From Candidatus Latescibacterota bacterium (GTDB taxonomy: Bacteria; Latescibacterota; UBA2968; UBA8231): a stretch of 64,000 nt of DNA. Shown one piece after another: positions 1 to 8,951 of the stretch. The position numbers and the translations under genes were made by a program. The notes under the pieces are model-generated. The model saw only the letters and a list, made by a program, of their open reading frames with translations, did not search any database and was not told where the DNA came from. Numbering within the stretch: the first letter of the stretch is position 1; every line of letters begins with the position of its first letter. The stretch spans positions 5,088,001 to 5,152,000 of the forward strand of contig OZ241362.1 of NCBI GenBank assembly GCA_965200315.1. Reading direction: 5' to 3'.

Positions 1-435
1 GGCGAGCTTGGCGCGTACGCCAGTGGCGCGATCTCTCTCGAACAGCACTTTGAGGACCCGGGCACCCTGATGCACGTGGGCACCTTTTGCGCGGGCGTTG
101 TCGAGGAGCATCGCGTCGAATGGGCCGCGCAAGACCTGCCATGTTATGGCGCTTTCGTGGGGGTTGGTGTCGGAAAAGTAAAAGGGCGTTGAGCCGCGAC
201 CCGACTTGCCGAAAAACTGCACGCTGTGCTTGCGGGGAAAGGCGCTGTCTTTGAGCCGGTCGAGCACGCCGAGCCGTTTGAACGTCCAGTAGGTCTCCGG
301 CATCAGGGACTCGCCGATTGCGAAGCGGGGAAACTGCTCGCGCTCGAAGAGCTGGACTTGGCGGCCGGTTGCAGCGACGAGGGCGGCTACGGTGCTGCCG
401 GCCGGGCCACCGCCGATGACGATGACGTCGCTCAC
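1..435 (-). CDS. FAD-dependent oxidoreductase, flavin halogenase-like (CmlS/PltA-like); partial, runs off window edge
   Basis: Not in the ORF track; manual translation from GTG at 435 (GTGA overlap with upstream stop): MSDVIVIGGGPAGSTVAALVAATGRQVQLFEREQFPRFAIGESLMPETYW...WQVLRGPFDAMLLDNARAKGA. GxGxxG FAD motif plus FPRFxIGESL signature. Confidence 0.8.
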   Translation of the reverse strand, partial: MSDVIVIGGGPAGSTVAALVAATGRQVQLFEREQFPRFAIGESLMPETYWTFKRLGVLDRLKDSAFPRKHSVQFFGKSGRGSTPFYFSDTNPHESAITWQVLRGPFDAMLLDNARAKGAHVHQGARVLKVLFERDRATGVRAKLA

Positions 436-1709
436 GGGTAGGTCCGGTGATCGGTGACGCGCCGGGCTTTGAGTTCAAAGCGCGGCAGGGTGTTCGGCGC
501 GGCGATTTGGATGGCGGTGCGCAGGCCCAGCCGGTGGGCGAGGGCACGTGCTACTTGGTCGGCCGTGTCGTCGGCATGGCCGTTGAGCTCTAGGCGCACC
601 TCCAACTCGTCGAGTGCGTTGCGCCGGTGGATGTCAACGGCGAATTCGGTCACTGTAGGGAACTGGCGCACTACGTTTTCGATGGCACTGGGATAGACGA
701 CCACGCCGCGGATGAGCAACGCGTCGTCGAGGCGGCCGATGACGCCACCTTGGAGCCGCTGGAAGGTGCGCCCGCAAGCACAGGGCGCGCGATTGAGGGC
801 GACGCGGTCGCCGGTGCGGTAGCGGATAACCGGCATCCCGGTGCGGCCGAGATTGGTGATGACCAGCTCGCCCGCGTCGGCGGGTGCGCCGCTTTGCGGA
901 TCGACGATCTCGCAGATGAACTCGCCCTCGTTGAGGTGCAAGCCGGCCTGTTTGTCGCAGTCAAAACCCCAAGCGCCGACCTCGGTGGCCCCGGCGTGGT
1001 CAAAGCAGCGGGCACCCCAAGTGCGTTCGAGTTGGGAGCGGGTAGCGGGGAGGTTTGCGCCCGGCTCGCCCGCGTGGATGGTGGTGTGTACGCTGCTGGC
1101 GGCGAGGTCGATGCCGCGTTCGCGGGCGACTTCGCCTAGGTGCAAGGCATACGTTGGTGTACAGACGAGGACGGTGATTTCGTTCTCGACGATGGCGTCT
1201 AGGCGCTGCGCCGAAGACATGCCACCGCCGGGGACTATTAGTGCGCCGATGTGGCTAGCGCCTTGGTGCCCGCTCCAGAAGCCGATGAAGGGGCCAAAGG
1301 AGAAGGCGAAAAAGATGCGGTCGCGGTCGCCGACGCCAGCGGCGCGATAGACTTGGGCCCAGCAGCAGCCCCACCAGCCCCAGCTCTCGGCTGTGTCGAG
1401 CCAGCGCAGACGCTGGCCGGTGGTGCCGGAGGTCTGGTGGATGCGGGTGTAGCATTCGGGCGGATAGGTGAGGTTGGTGCCATAGGGAGGATGGGCTATT
1501 TGGTCGGCAGAGAGTTCGGCGCGCGTGGTAAAGGGGAGGCGGGCCAAGTCGCTGAGCGCGGCGATGTCTTCGGCCTGCGTGATCCCGACCGCGTTGAGCT
1601 TCTGGCGGTAAAATGCGTTGGTCGCCAGCACTTGGCCCAGCAGGATGTGCAAGCGTTGGAGTTGGTGCTCGGCCAGCGCGTCGCGGCTGAGATGTTCGCC
1701 GGCACTCAC
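432..1709 (-). CDS. Phenylacetate-CoA ligase (PaaK)-like AMP-forming acyl-CoA ligase
   Basis: Motifs LPFTTRAEL, QTSGTTG, HAGEPG, DHAGATE, GELVITNL, IRYRTGD, GRLDD..IRGVVVYPSAIE, C-terminal KARRVTD. Confidence 0.85.
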   Translation of the reverse strand: MSAGEHLSRDALAEHQLQRLHILLGQVLATNAFYRQKLNAVGITQAEDIAALSDLARLPFTTRAELSADQIAHPPYGTNLTYPPECYTRIHQTSGTTGQRLRWLDTAESWGWWGCCWAQVYRAAGVGDRDRIFFAFSFGPFIGFWSGHQGASHIGALIVPGGGMSSAQRLDAIVENEITVLVCTPTYALHLGEVARERGIDLAASSVHTTIHAGEPGANLPATRSQLERTWGARCFDHAGATEVGAWGFDCDKQAGLHLNEGEFICEIVDPQSGAPADAGELVITNLGRTGMPVIRYRTGDRVALNRAPCACGRTFQRLQGGVIGRLDDALLIRGVVVYPSAIENVVRQFPTVTEFAVDIHRRNALDELEVRLELNGHADDTADQVARALAHRLGLRTAIQIAAPNTLPRFELKARRVTDHRTYP

Positions 1710-3841
1710 AGCGAATAACCCAAGGTTGCCTTAAAGGAGAACGGGGCCGCCGGGATGACCGAGGCGGCGCCAAACCCTCGGGTCTCGTATTCGCTGCTGG
1801 TCGCGTTCTTGAGGTTTATCCGCAGCAGCCCCGGCCCCTGCCGGTAAGTCAGCCCGCAGTCGAGCGTCAGGGCACCGTCGATCTCATAGACATTGTCCTC
1901 GGCCACGAACTGATTGCCTACGTAACGGATGCCGGTGGCCAAGGTGAGGTTTTCGCCCAAATCGCGGGCGGCCCACAGCGTCAGGAGGTGTGCGGGCGCG
2001 AAGGCTGGCACATTGCCCGTGCGGTCGAAGATTTGGGGGACGAAGCCAGTGGTGGTGGGGATCAGCACGGATTCGCTGAAGCGCGTCAGCTCGGCGTCTA
2101 AAAAGGCATAGGTGCCTTGGGCGTACCAGCCGTGGGCCAGACGCGCTGCCAATTCCAACTCCAAACCCCGGGTGCGCTGGTCGCCGAGTTGCTGGGTGAT
2201 GCCGTTGTCGTCGGGGATGGCGATGTGCTCTTTGTCGAGGTTAAAGACGGCGAGGTTGGCGCTGAGGTTGCCGTTGAGCAGCGCGGCTTTGGCACCGATT
2301 TCGTACTGGGTGCTTTCTTCGGGGTCGCGGTCGCCGACGACTTGAGCAGAAGGCGGGGCAAAGGCGCGGCCCGTATTGGCGTAGAGCGAGAGGGTCTGAG
2401 TGGGAGCGAAGACTGCGCCGAGCATCGGGCTTAGCTGCCGGTACTCGCGCTTAGTGGCAGTGAGCGCGTCCTCGTAGTCGATCCGGTCGAAGCGGCCCCC
2501 GAACAAAAGCTCAAAGTGAGGGCTGAAAATTATGCGATCGACAAAGTAGGGGGCGAGGGATTGGGCGGCGGTTTGGCCGGCCGTCGCTTGGTCGGGGAGG
2601 GGGACCACGAGAGAGTCGGTCCCGGCTTCTGCTGGCATGGAGGGGGCCAAACTCGGCGGCAACGTCGAGTCGAGCGTGAACAGATCGACGAACGAAAGCA
2701 ACGCCACGTCGAGAGTAAAGTCATCCGCGTGGCGGGCGATTTCCAAGCCAAAGAGCAGTTGATGCTCGATACCGCCGGTTTGCAATTTTAGCAGCCCTTC
2801 GAGTTGGTTGCCGACGATCCACTGCTGGTCGTCTAGGTTGAGCAACGTGCGGGCGAGATTAAGCGAACCGGCCGCGTTGGGAAAGGCCCCGTTGAAGAGG
2901 GTCCCCTGCGAGGGCCAGTCGAGGCTGGTGTAGTAGAGTTTGTCGCGCAAGGTGAAATTAGGCGCTAGATGCCATTCGTAATCAGCGCGAAAGCGCCGGA
3001 TGGTCTGTTCGGAAAGATCGAAGGGCGACTGGTATGAGCGGGTGCGTGGCACATCGGGCAGTGTGCCGCCGACGATGGGCAGCCCCGAGTCAGAGCGATG
3101 TTCGCTCGCCAAGTACTCGAAGTCGAGGTGTAGTGTCGAGCGCTCGCCGAGGGCCAACCGCAGCGTTGGGTTTACGGCGACGATCGAGCTGTTTTTGTCG
3201 TCTCGGTAGCTTTCCGCATCTTGCCACAGGGCGTTGAGACGAAAAGCGAGACCTTGGTCTGGCAGGGCGCGGGCGGCATCGAGGGTGGCGCGGTAAGTGG
3301 AGAAGCTCCCTAAGGAAGCGTTGACGCGGGCGAAATCGCTTGCCGGGTCTGGCCGTTTGCGGACCAGGCTGATGGTGCCCGACAGCGGGTTGCCGCCGTA
3401 GAGGAAGGCACCGGGGCCTTTGAGGGCTTCGACGCGAGCAACATTGTAGAGCTGGTAGAAGGTCGCTTCGGGTTCGGGCACTCCGTCGGAGAGGACCAAG
3501 CCGTTGGCGAGCGAGTCGAAGCCACGCAAATAGAACAGGTCGTGGACGCCAAAGTTGGTGTGGACGCCGACGCCGCTGACATTGGCTAGCGCGTCGCTGA
3601 GGGTTGCGCCGTCTTGAGTTTCGATAAGGGCTTGGGGGACGATCCCGACGCTCAAGGGGGTCTTGTGCAGGGGCAGCGGCATTTTGGTGGCGATGGCGTT
3701 GGCGCGGGGGATGGCCAGTCGCGAGCCGGTGACAATGGTCTCGCCGACGACGTGGAGTGAGTCGTCGGCGCTCTGAGCATGGGCGAAGGTTGCCGTCAGC
3801 GATAAGGCAAAAATTAGCAGCGCACCGGACAGATTTCTCAT
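1706..3841 (-). CDS. TonB-dependent outer membrane receptor (siderophore receptor-like)
   Basis: Signal peptide, TonB-box-like ETIVTG, plug motifs TPLSVGIV, ALANVSGV, LRGF, RVEALKGPGAFLYG, barrel ending GYSL. Confidence 0.9.
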   Translation of the reverse strand: MRNLSGALLIFALSLTATFAHAQSADDSLHVVGETIVTGSRLAIPRANAIATKMPLPLHKTPLSVGIVPQALIETQDGATLSDALANVSGVGVHTNFGVHDLFYLRGFDSLANGLVLSDGVPEPEATFYQLYNVARVEALKGPGAFLYGGNPLSGTISLVRKRPDPASDFARVNASLGSFSTYRATLDAARALPDQGLAFRLNALWQDAESYRDDKNSSIVAVNPTLRLALGERSTLHLDFEYLASEHRSDSGLPIVGGTLPDVPRTRSYQSPFDLSEQTIRRFRADYEWHLAPNFTLRDKLYYTSLDWPSQGTLFNGAFPNAAGSLNLARTLLNLDDQQWIVGNQLEGLLKLQTGGIEHQLLFGLEIARHADDFTLDVALLSFVDLFTLDSTLPPSLAPSMPAEAGTDSLVVPLPDQATAGQTAAQSLAPYFVDRIIFSPHFELLFGGRFDRIDYEDALTATKREYRQLSPMLGAVFAPTQTLSLYANTGRAFAPPSAQVVGDRDPEESTQYEIGAKAALLNGNLSANLAVFNLDKEHIAIPDDNGITQQLGDQRTRGLELELAARLAHGWYAQGTYAFLDAELTRFSESVLIPTTTGFVPQIFDRTGNVPAFAPAHLLTLWAARDLGENLTLATGIRYVGNQFVAEDNVYEIDGALTLDCGLTYRQGPGLLRINLKNATSSEYETRGFGAASVIPAAPFSFKATLGYSL

Positions 3842-5082
3842 TGGGCCACTCCCACTATGTTTATGCGGACGATTTCCTTATCGTCGCGGAGGTAAATCCC
3901 ACCGTCGGCGAGCGAGGGGACGGTCCCACATCTGCTGCGGCGGAAGATTGGGATATTGGCCTTTTCGACGAAGCCTGCGGGTGTGGCTTTAGCTATGCCG
4001 AGAAGACAGCGTTCACCCAAGATGACGAGGTGGCCGTCGGCGATGATCAAGGTGCCCTTGCCGTAGCCGCGGGTCTTCCACTTTTCCTCGCCGGTCTCGG
4101 CGTCGAGGCATTTGAGGGTCGAGCCGTCAAAACCGTAGAGGTATCCCTGGTAGTAGATGGAGGTGGCGGAGTGGTTTTGCATGTTATGATTGCGCCAGAC
4201 CTCGGCCACTTCATAGCCCTTGTCTGTGGCTGTGACTTCTACCACAGTGCCGCCCAGACCCTCGCTGGAGGAGATAAAGAAGCGATTAGGCGAGATAAAA
4301 ACCGGGGTGGCAAGGCTGATGTGTTGGGGAGTTATATAGGGATATTTCCACAGCACTCGGCCATTTTGCGGCGCGACCGCGATCAGCCCGTAGCCGGTGA
4401 AAAATACCGCCTGGCGCGTTTGGCCGATGGTGGCGATGATGGGAGAGGAATTTCCTCTCTCATCGCTGCCGGTTTTCCAGGCGACCTCGCCACTGGTTTT
4501 GTCAAAGGCTATCAGCGCATGGCCACTCTTACTGCCCGCTTCGATTAAGACGCGGTCTCCTTCGACTAGCGGCGACGATCCAAAGCCCCGACCGGCCCTG
4601 ATGCCGTCGAACTCGAGCACTATATTGCGGCTCCAGCGTTGAGTGCCGAACTGGCTGTCGAATGCGTGGAGCTTGCCATGGGAGCTGAAGACATAGACCA
4701 TCTTGCCGTCAACCGTGGGGGTGGCACGCGGATTGCCGCCGCGCGATTCCGAGGGATCGTTGCCGGTGGTGCGAGTGCGCCACATCAATTCGCCATTGCG
4801 GGCGTCGAGACAGACTGCGTATTCGTCCCCACTGTAGATGTACATTGTATAGAGGCGATTGCCGACTACGGACAGACCCGAAAAGCCCAGCCCGGCATGG
4901 ACGCGCCAAGACTCTTTAAAAGATGGTGCTTTGCCGAACAGACCCGTCTCTGACGATATGCCATTGCGGTGGGGGCCGAGCCATTGCGGCCAGCCCGTCC
5001 ATTGCCAGTGCGACCAATTTTGGGCCAAGGCCGGCAGGGTGCCTAAGACGAGGGCGAACAGGGCGGTGCCTAAGGTGCTCAC
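3838..5082 (-). CDS. Secreted PQQ-binding-like (BamB-family) beta-propeller protein, paralog A
   Basis: Signal peptide, WPQWLGP motif, repeated xxDxxTGxxxW blades; GTGA/ATGA overlaps with neighbours. Confidence 0.85.
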   Translation of the reverse strand: MSTLGTALFALVLGTLPALAQNWSHWQWTGWPQWLGPHRNGISSETGLFGKAPSFKESWRVHAGLGFSGLSVVGNRLYTMYIYSGDEYAVCLDARNGELMWRTRTTGNDPSESRGGNPRATPTVDGKMVYVFSSHGKLHAFDSQFGTQRWSRNIVLEFDGIRAGRGFGSSPLVEGDRVLIEAGSKSGHALIAFDKTSGEVAWKTGSDERGNSSPIIATIGQTRQAVFFTGYGLIAVAPQNGRVLWKYPYITPQHISLATPVFISPNRFFISSSEGLGGTVVEVTATDKGYEVAEVWRNHNMQNHSATSIYYQGYLYGFDGSTLKCLDAETGEEKWKTRGYGKGTLIIADGHLVILGERCLLGIAKATPAGFVEKANIPIFRRSRCGTVPSLADGGIYLRDDKEIVRINIVGVAQ

Positions 5083-6320
5083 TGGGCCGTTCCTTGTATA
5101 GTGAGGCAGACGATTTCCTTATCATCTCGGAGGTACAGCCGGCCATCGGCGAGTGAGGGGGCCGTCCAGCATTTGCTGTGGAGGATTTGGGTGTTCGCCT
5201 TTTCGACGAAGCCTGCGGGCGTAGCTTCGGCTAGGCCGAGATTGCCGCGTTCGCCCAAGATGACGAGGTGGTCGTCGGCCGCGAGCAAGGTGCCCTTGCC
5301 GTAGCCCCGAGCCTTCCACTTTTCCGCGCCGGTCTCGGCGTCGAGGCACTTGAGGATCGAGCCGTCAAAACCGTAGAGATGCCCCTCATAGTAGATGGAG
5401 GTGGCGAAGTGATTTTCCATCTCTTTGTTGCGCCAGACCTCTGCCACCGCATAGCGCCCATCTGTGGCGGAGACCTCCACCACACTGGCACCCGTGCCGT
5501 AGCCGGAGGATATAAAGAAGCGGTTGGGCGGGATGAAGACCGGGGTGGCGGCGTTGACTTCGTGCCTAGTCGTCCAAGGGTGTTTCCACAGCACTTGGCC
5601 GTGTTGCGGCGCGACCGAGATTAGCCCGTTGCCGGTGAAAAACACCGCTTGGCGCGTTTGGCCGATGGTGGTGGTGATGGGAGAGGAATAGCCCAGTTTG
5701 TCGCTGCCGGTTTTCCAGGCGACGTCGCCACTTTTTTTGTCAAAGGCTATCAGCGAATGACCGCCCCTACCGCCGGCTTCGATTAGGACTAGGTCTCCTG
5801 CGACTAGGGGCGACGGGCAAAAGCCCCAGCGGGCCTTCTTGCTGCCGAATTCGCTTACTAGGTCGTGGCTCCATTGTTGCGCTCCGGTTTGGCTGTCGAG
5901 TGCGTAGAGTTTGCCATAGGCGCTAGAGACATAGACCATCCCGTCGTCCACAGTGGGGGTGGCACGCGGGCCGTCGCCGCCTTGCCGTTCCATTAACATA
6001 CCGTCAGTGCGGGTGCGCCACAGCACTTGGCCATTGCTGGCGTCGAGGCAGACTGCGTATTCATCCCCGCTGTGGATGTACATCGTATAGATGCGATTGC
6101 CGACGATGGACAGGCCGGAAAAGCCCTTGCCGCCTTGGATGCGCCAAGATTCTTCAAATGACGGCTCGTCGCCGAATAGGCCGGTTTCTGGCGAGATGCC
6201 GTTGCGGTCGGGGCCGAGCCATTGCGGCCAGCCCGCCCCTTGCCAGCGCGACCAGTCTTGGGCCAAGGTTGGCAAGGCGGATAAGGCGAGGGCTAACAGG
6301 GCGCTGCGTGTGATGCTCAT
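5079..6320 (-). CDS. Secreted PQQ-binding-like beta-propeller protein, paralog B
   Basis: WPQWLGPDRNG, PRATPTV, YSSP, CLDAETGAEKWK, WTAPSLA. Confidence 0.85.
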   Translation of the reverse strand: MSITRSALLALALSALPTLAQDWSRWQGAGWPQWLGPDRNGISPETGLFGDEPSFEESWRIQGGKGFSGLSIVGNRIYTMYIHSGDEYAVCLDASNGQVLWRTRTDGMLMERQGGDGPRATPTVDDGMVYVSSAYGKLYALDSQTGAQQWSHDLVSEFGSKKARWGFCPSPLVAGDLVLIEAGGRGGHSLIAFDKKSGDVAWKTGSDKLGYSSPITTTIGQTRQAVFFTGNGLISVAPQHGQVLWKHPWTTRHEVNAATPVFIPPNRFFISSGYGTGASVVEVSATDGRYAVAEVWRNKEMENHFATSIYYEGHLYGFDGSILKCLDAETGAEKWKARGYGKGTLLAADDHLVILGERGNLGLAEATPAGFVEKANTQILHSKCWTAPSLADGRLYLRDDKEIVCLTIQGTAQ

Positions 6321-7564
6321 TGGGCTATTCCTTGCACTTTGAGACAGATGATCTCGCTTTCGTCGCGCATGTAGAGGCGGCCATTGGCCAGCGAAGGGGC
6401 CGTCCAGCAGCGGCTGTTGAAGGCTGGGTAGCTGGCCTTTTCGACAAAGCCTTCCGGCGTGGCTTCGGCTAGGCCGAGATTGCCTTGTTCACCCAACAGG
6501 ATGAGGTGGCTGTCGGCGACGATCAGGGAGCCTTTGCCGTAGCCTCGGGTCTTCCACTTTTCCGCGCCGGTCTCGGCATCGAGGCACTTGAGGATCGAGT
6601 TGTCAAAGCCGTAGAGATGATTCTCGTAGAGGATCGAGGTGCCAAAGTGGTTTTTCATCTTTTTGTTTTGCCAGACCTGCTCGACGGCGAGGCTGTCGCC
6701 GTCGCTCTTGATTTGCAAGACTGCGCCGCCGTTGCCGTCGCCGGTGGAGATGAAAAGTCGGTCGGGCGCGATGAAAACTGGGGTCGCCGCGCTGACGTCG
6801 TAGCGGGTCTTCCAGGGGTAGCGCCAGTAAATGCGGCCGTCTTCCGGCGCTAGGCCGGTAAGCGAATAAGCCGTGAAGTAGGCGAGTTGGCGGGTGCCGG
6901 CTGCGGTGAAGGCGATGGGCGATGAATAGCTCATCTTTTCGTTGAGGGCGGTCCAAGCGGTTGCGCCGGTGTTCTTGTCGAGGGCTACGGCGGTGACCTC
7001 GGTTGTGCGGTCGATGGCCATATCGACGACGAAGTTGCCGTTGTGGCCGCCTGCTTCGACTAGGAGTAGGTCGCCCTCTACAAGCGGGGAGGTACTAAAC
7101 CCCCACCTAGGCACTTGGCTGCTGAACTCGGCGACCAAATCCTTTTCCCAGATCGGCTCACCACTCGCGGCTGCGAGTGCGAACAGCTTGCCGGTGGCAC
7201 CGAGTACATAGACGACTTCGCTCTCGACGGTGGGCGTGGAGCGCGGACCGTCGCCGCCTTGGGTTTCCTTGTAGTAAGGGCCGGTGCGGTGACGCCAGAG
7301 TTCTGCGCCGGTTTGGTCATCGAGGCAGATGACGAACTCGTCGTCGCCTTGGGCGAACATGGTGAAGAGCCGGCCGTCGGCAACGGCGATGCCGGAGAAG
7401 CCATTGCCAAGCGGGACGCGCCACGCTTCTGCAAAAGGCTGCTCGGTGGTGAAGAGGTCGGTTTCGCTGGAGATGCCGTCGCGCTGGGGGCCGCGCCACT
7501 GAGGCCAGTCGGCCGCCTGTGCAACAGCGGTCAGGAACAGCAAAAGTGAGATCGCGCTTTTCAA
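6317..7564 (-). CDS. Secreted PQQ-binding-like beta-propeller protein, paralog C
   Basis: ADWPQWRGPQRDG after signal peptide; TTG start with AGGAG Shine-Dalgarno; same blade motifs. Confidence 0.85.
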   Translation of the reverse strand: MKSAISLLLFLTAVAQAADWPQWRGPQRDGISSETDLFTTEQPFAEAWRVPLGNGFSGIAVADGRLFTMFAQGDDEFVICLDDQTGAELWRHRTGPYYKETQGGDGPRSTPTVESEVVYVLGATGKLFALAAASGEPIWEKDLVAEFSSQVPRWGFSTSPLVEGDLLLVEAGGHNGNFVVDMAIDRTTEVTAVALDKNTGATAWTALNEKMSYSSPIAFTAAGTRQLAYFTAYSLTGLAPEDGRIYWRYPWKTRYDVSAATPVFIAPDRLFISTGDGNGGAVLQIKSDGDSLAVEQVWQNKKMKNHFGTSILYENHLYGFDNSILKCLDAETGAEKWKTRGYGKGSLIVADSHLILLGEQGNLGLAEATPEGFVEKASYPAFNSRCWTAPSLANGRLYMRDESEIICLKVQGIAQ

Positions 7565-7577
7565 TGGTACCTCCTAC

Positions 7578-8951
7578 TCAGGTATAGCGCACGTTGCGGT
7601 ATTGGGCTTGGTAAAAATCGGGCAGAAGTTGATCGACGCGCATGAGGCCTTCGTCAGTTAAGGCGACCGAGTTCGCGTCGAATTGGAGCATGCCCTCGTC
7701 GCGCAGGCCGCTGAGTGCTGTGGCGAAGTGGGCGACGATATCGACTCCGAATTTGGTGCGAAAATACGCGGAATCCAGCGCACCCAATTTGAGTTGCAGG
7801 ATCACTTCGCGGATAAGTTGCTCTTCGCGGTTGGTGGCGAAGGCGCGGTGGATGGGGAGGTCGCCGCGGTGGATGGCATCGAGATAATCATCCCATTGGG
7901 GCGCGTTCTGGTAGTGGACGCCGCTCAGGTGCGAGAAGGAGGCGACGCCGGCGCCGATCATGTCTTGGCCGGTCCACACGGCGTCGCGGTACGCGAAGCG
8001 GGCGTCGGGCCCTTTCTGCATGGTATAGGCGCTCGAACGCACGTATCCGGCGGCGGATAGTTGCTCGAAGGCGTAGGCGTGCCAAGCGCGCTTGGTCTTC
8101 CAGTCGGCCAAGGCCAGCGACTCGCCGTCGCCAGCGAGTAGGTCTTTGGAATAGACCGTATTGTAGGGCAGCTCCATCTGATAGACGGTGACGCTGTCGG
8201 GATCGAGTTCGATGGTCTGCTGCACGGTCTGACGCCAGCTCGGCCACGCCTCGCCGACCATACCGGCAATCAGATCGACGTTGACCTGATCGAAGTCGAG
8301 CGCCGCGATCCAAGGCACTACTTGGTAGATTTCCTTGCTGACGTGGGCGCGGCCATTGTGGCGCAGAATCTCGTCGTCGAGGTTTTCGATTCCGAGGCTA
8401 AGGCGGGTGACGCCGATGTCGCGGATGGCTTCCAATTTGGCTTGGGTTAGGGTGCCAGGCTCGCACTCAAAGGCGATTTCGTCGGCGTGATCTGAGGGCA
8501 TGGCGTCTTTGAGGCGCGATACCAGGGCCCGGAGATGCCGCGAACTGATGTAAGAAGGGGTGCCGCCGCCAAAGTAGATAAAGTGCAGGGGCCGGTCTTT
8601 GACTGCTGGCTGTTGGGCGTAGTGTTCCACCTCGCGGGCGAGGGCGTCGAGGTAGATCTGGATTTGCTGGCTGTTTTTGTCCGTGTAAACTCGGAAGTAG
8701 CAAAACTTGCAGCGCCTGCGGCAGAAGGGGATGTGAAGGTAAAGGCCGAGTTGGGTGTTGGGTCGCGGCGAGTCAGCGAGTGCGCGGTGTGCTTGTGGCA
8801 CGTCCTCCTCGCCCCAAAACGAATAGGCTGGGTAGTTGGAGACGAAGACGCTGCCGACCTCGGTTTCGGTGCGGTCGGCGCGGGTAGTAGCGGGGTCGCT
8901 GCCGGGTTGGGACTTTTGGATCGAAATGTTAGGTACAGTTTCATCACTCAT
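7578..8951 (-). CDS. HemN-like (class C) radical SAM enzyme
   Basis: LYLHIPFCRRRCKFCYF (CxxxCxxC), IYFGGGTPS, RLSLGIE, NVDLIAG, HemN C-terminal LTDEGLMRVD; probable ATG at 8951 by ATGA overlap. Confidence 0.85.
   Translation of the reverse strand: MSDETVPNISIQKSQPGSDPATTRADRTETEVGSVFVSNYPAYSFWGEEDVPQAHRALADSPRPNTQLGLYLHIPFCRRRCKFCYFRVYTDKNSQQIQIYLDALAREVEHYAQQPAVKDRPLHFIYFGGGTPSYISSRHLRALVSRLKDAMPSDHADEIAFECEPGTLTQAKLEAIRDIGVTRLSLGIENLDDEILRHNGRAHVSKEIYQVVPWIAALDFDQVNVDLIAGMVGEAWPSWRQTVQQTIELDPDSVTVYQMELPYNTVYSKDLLAGDGESLALADWKTKRAWHAYAFEQLSAAGYVRSSAYTMQKGPDARFAYRDAVWTGQDMIGAGVASFSHLSGVHYQNAPQWDDYLDAIHRGDLPIHRAFATNREEQLIREVILQLKLGALDSAYFRTKFGVDIVAHFATALSGLRDEGMLQFDANSVALTDEGLMRVDQLLPDFYQAQYRNVRYT

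Noticed and set aside
3838-7564. Diversity-generating retroelement acting on the propeller repeats
   Set aside because: Differences between copies involve all bases and many synonymous sites, not adenine-specific changes; no reverse transcriptase is present.
7578-8951. RiPP maturase or true HemN
   Set aside because: No SPASM or RRE domain, no precursor peptide seen, and no heme pathway neighbours.
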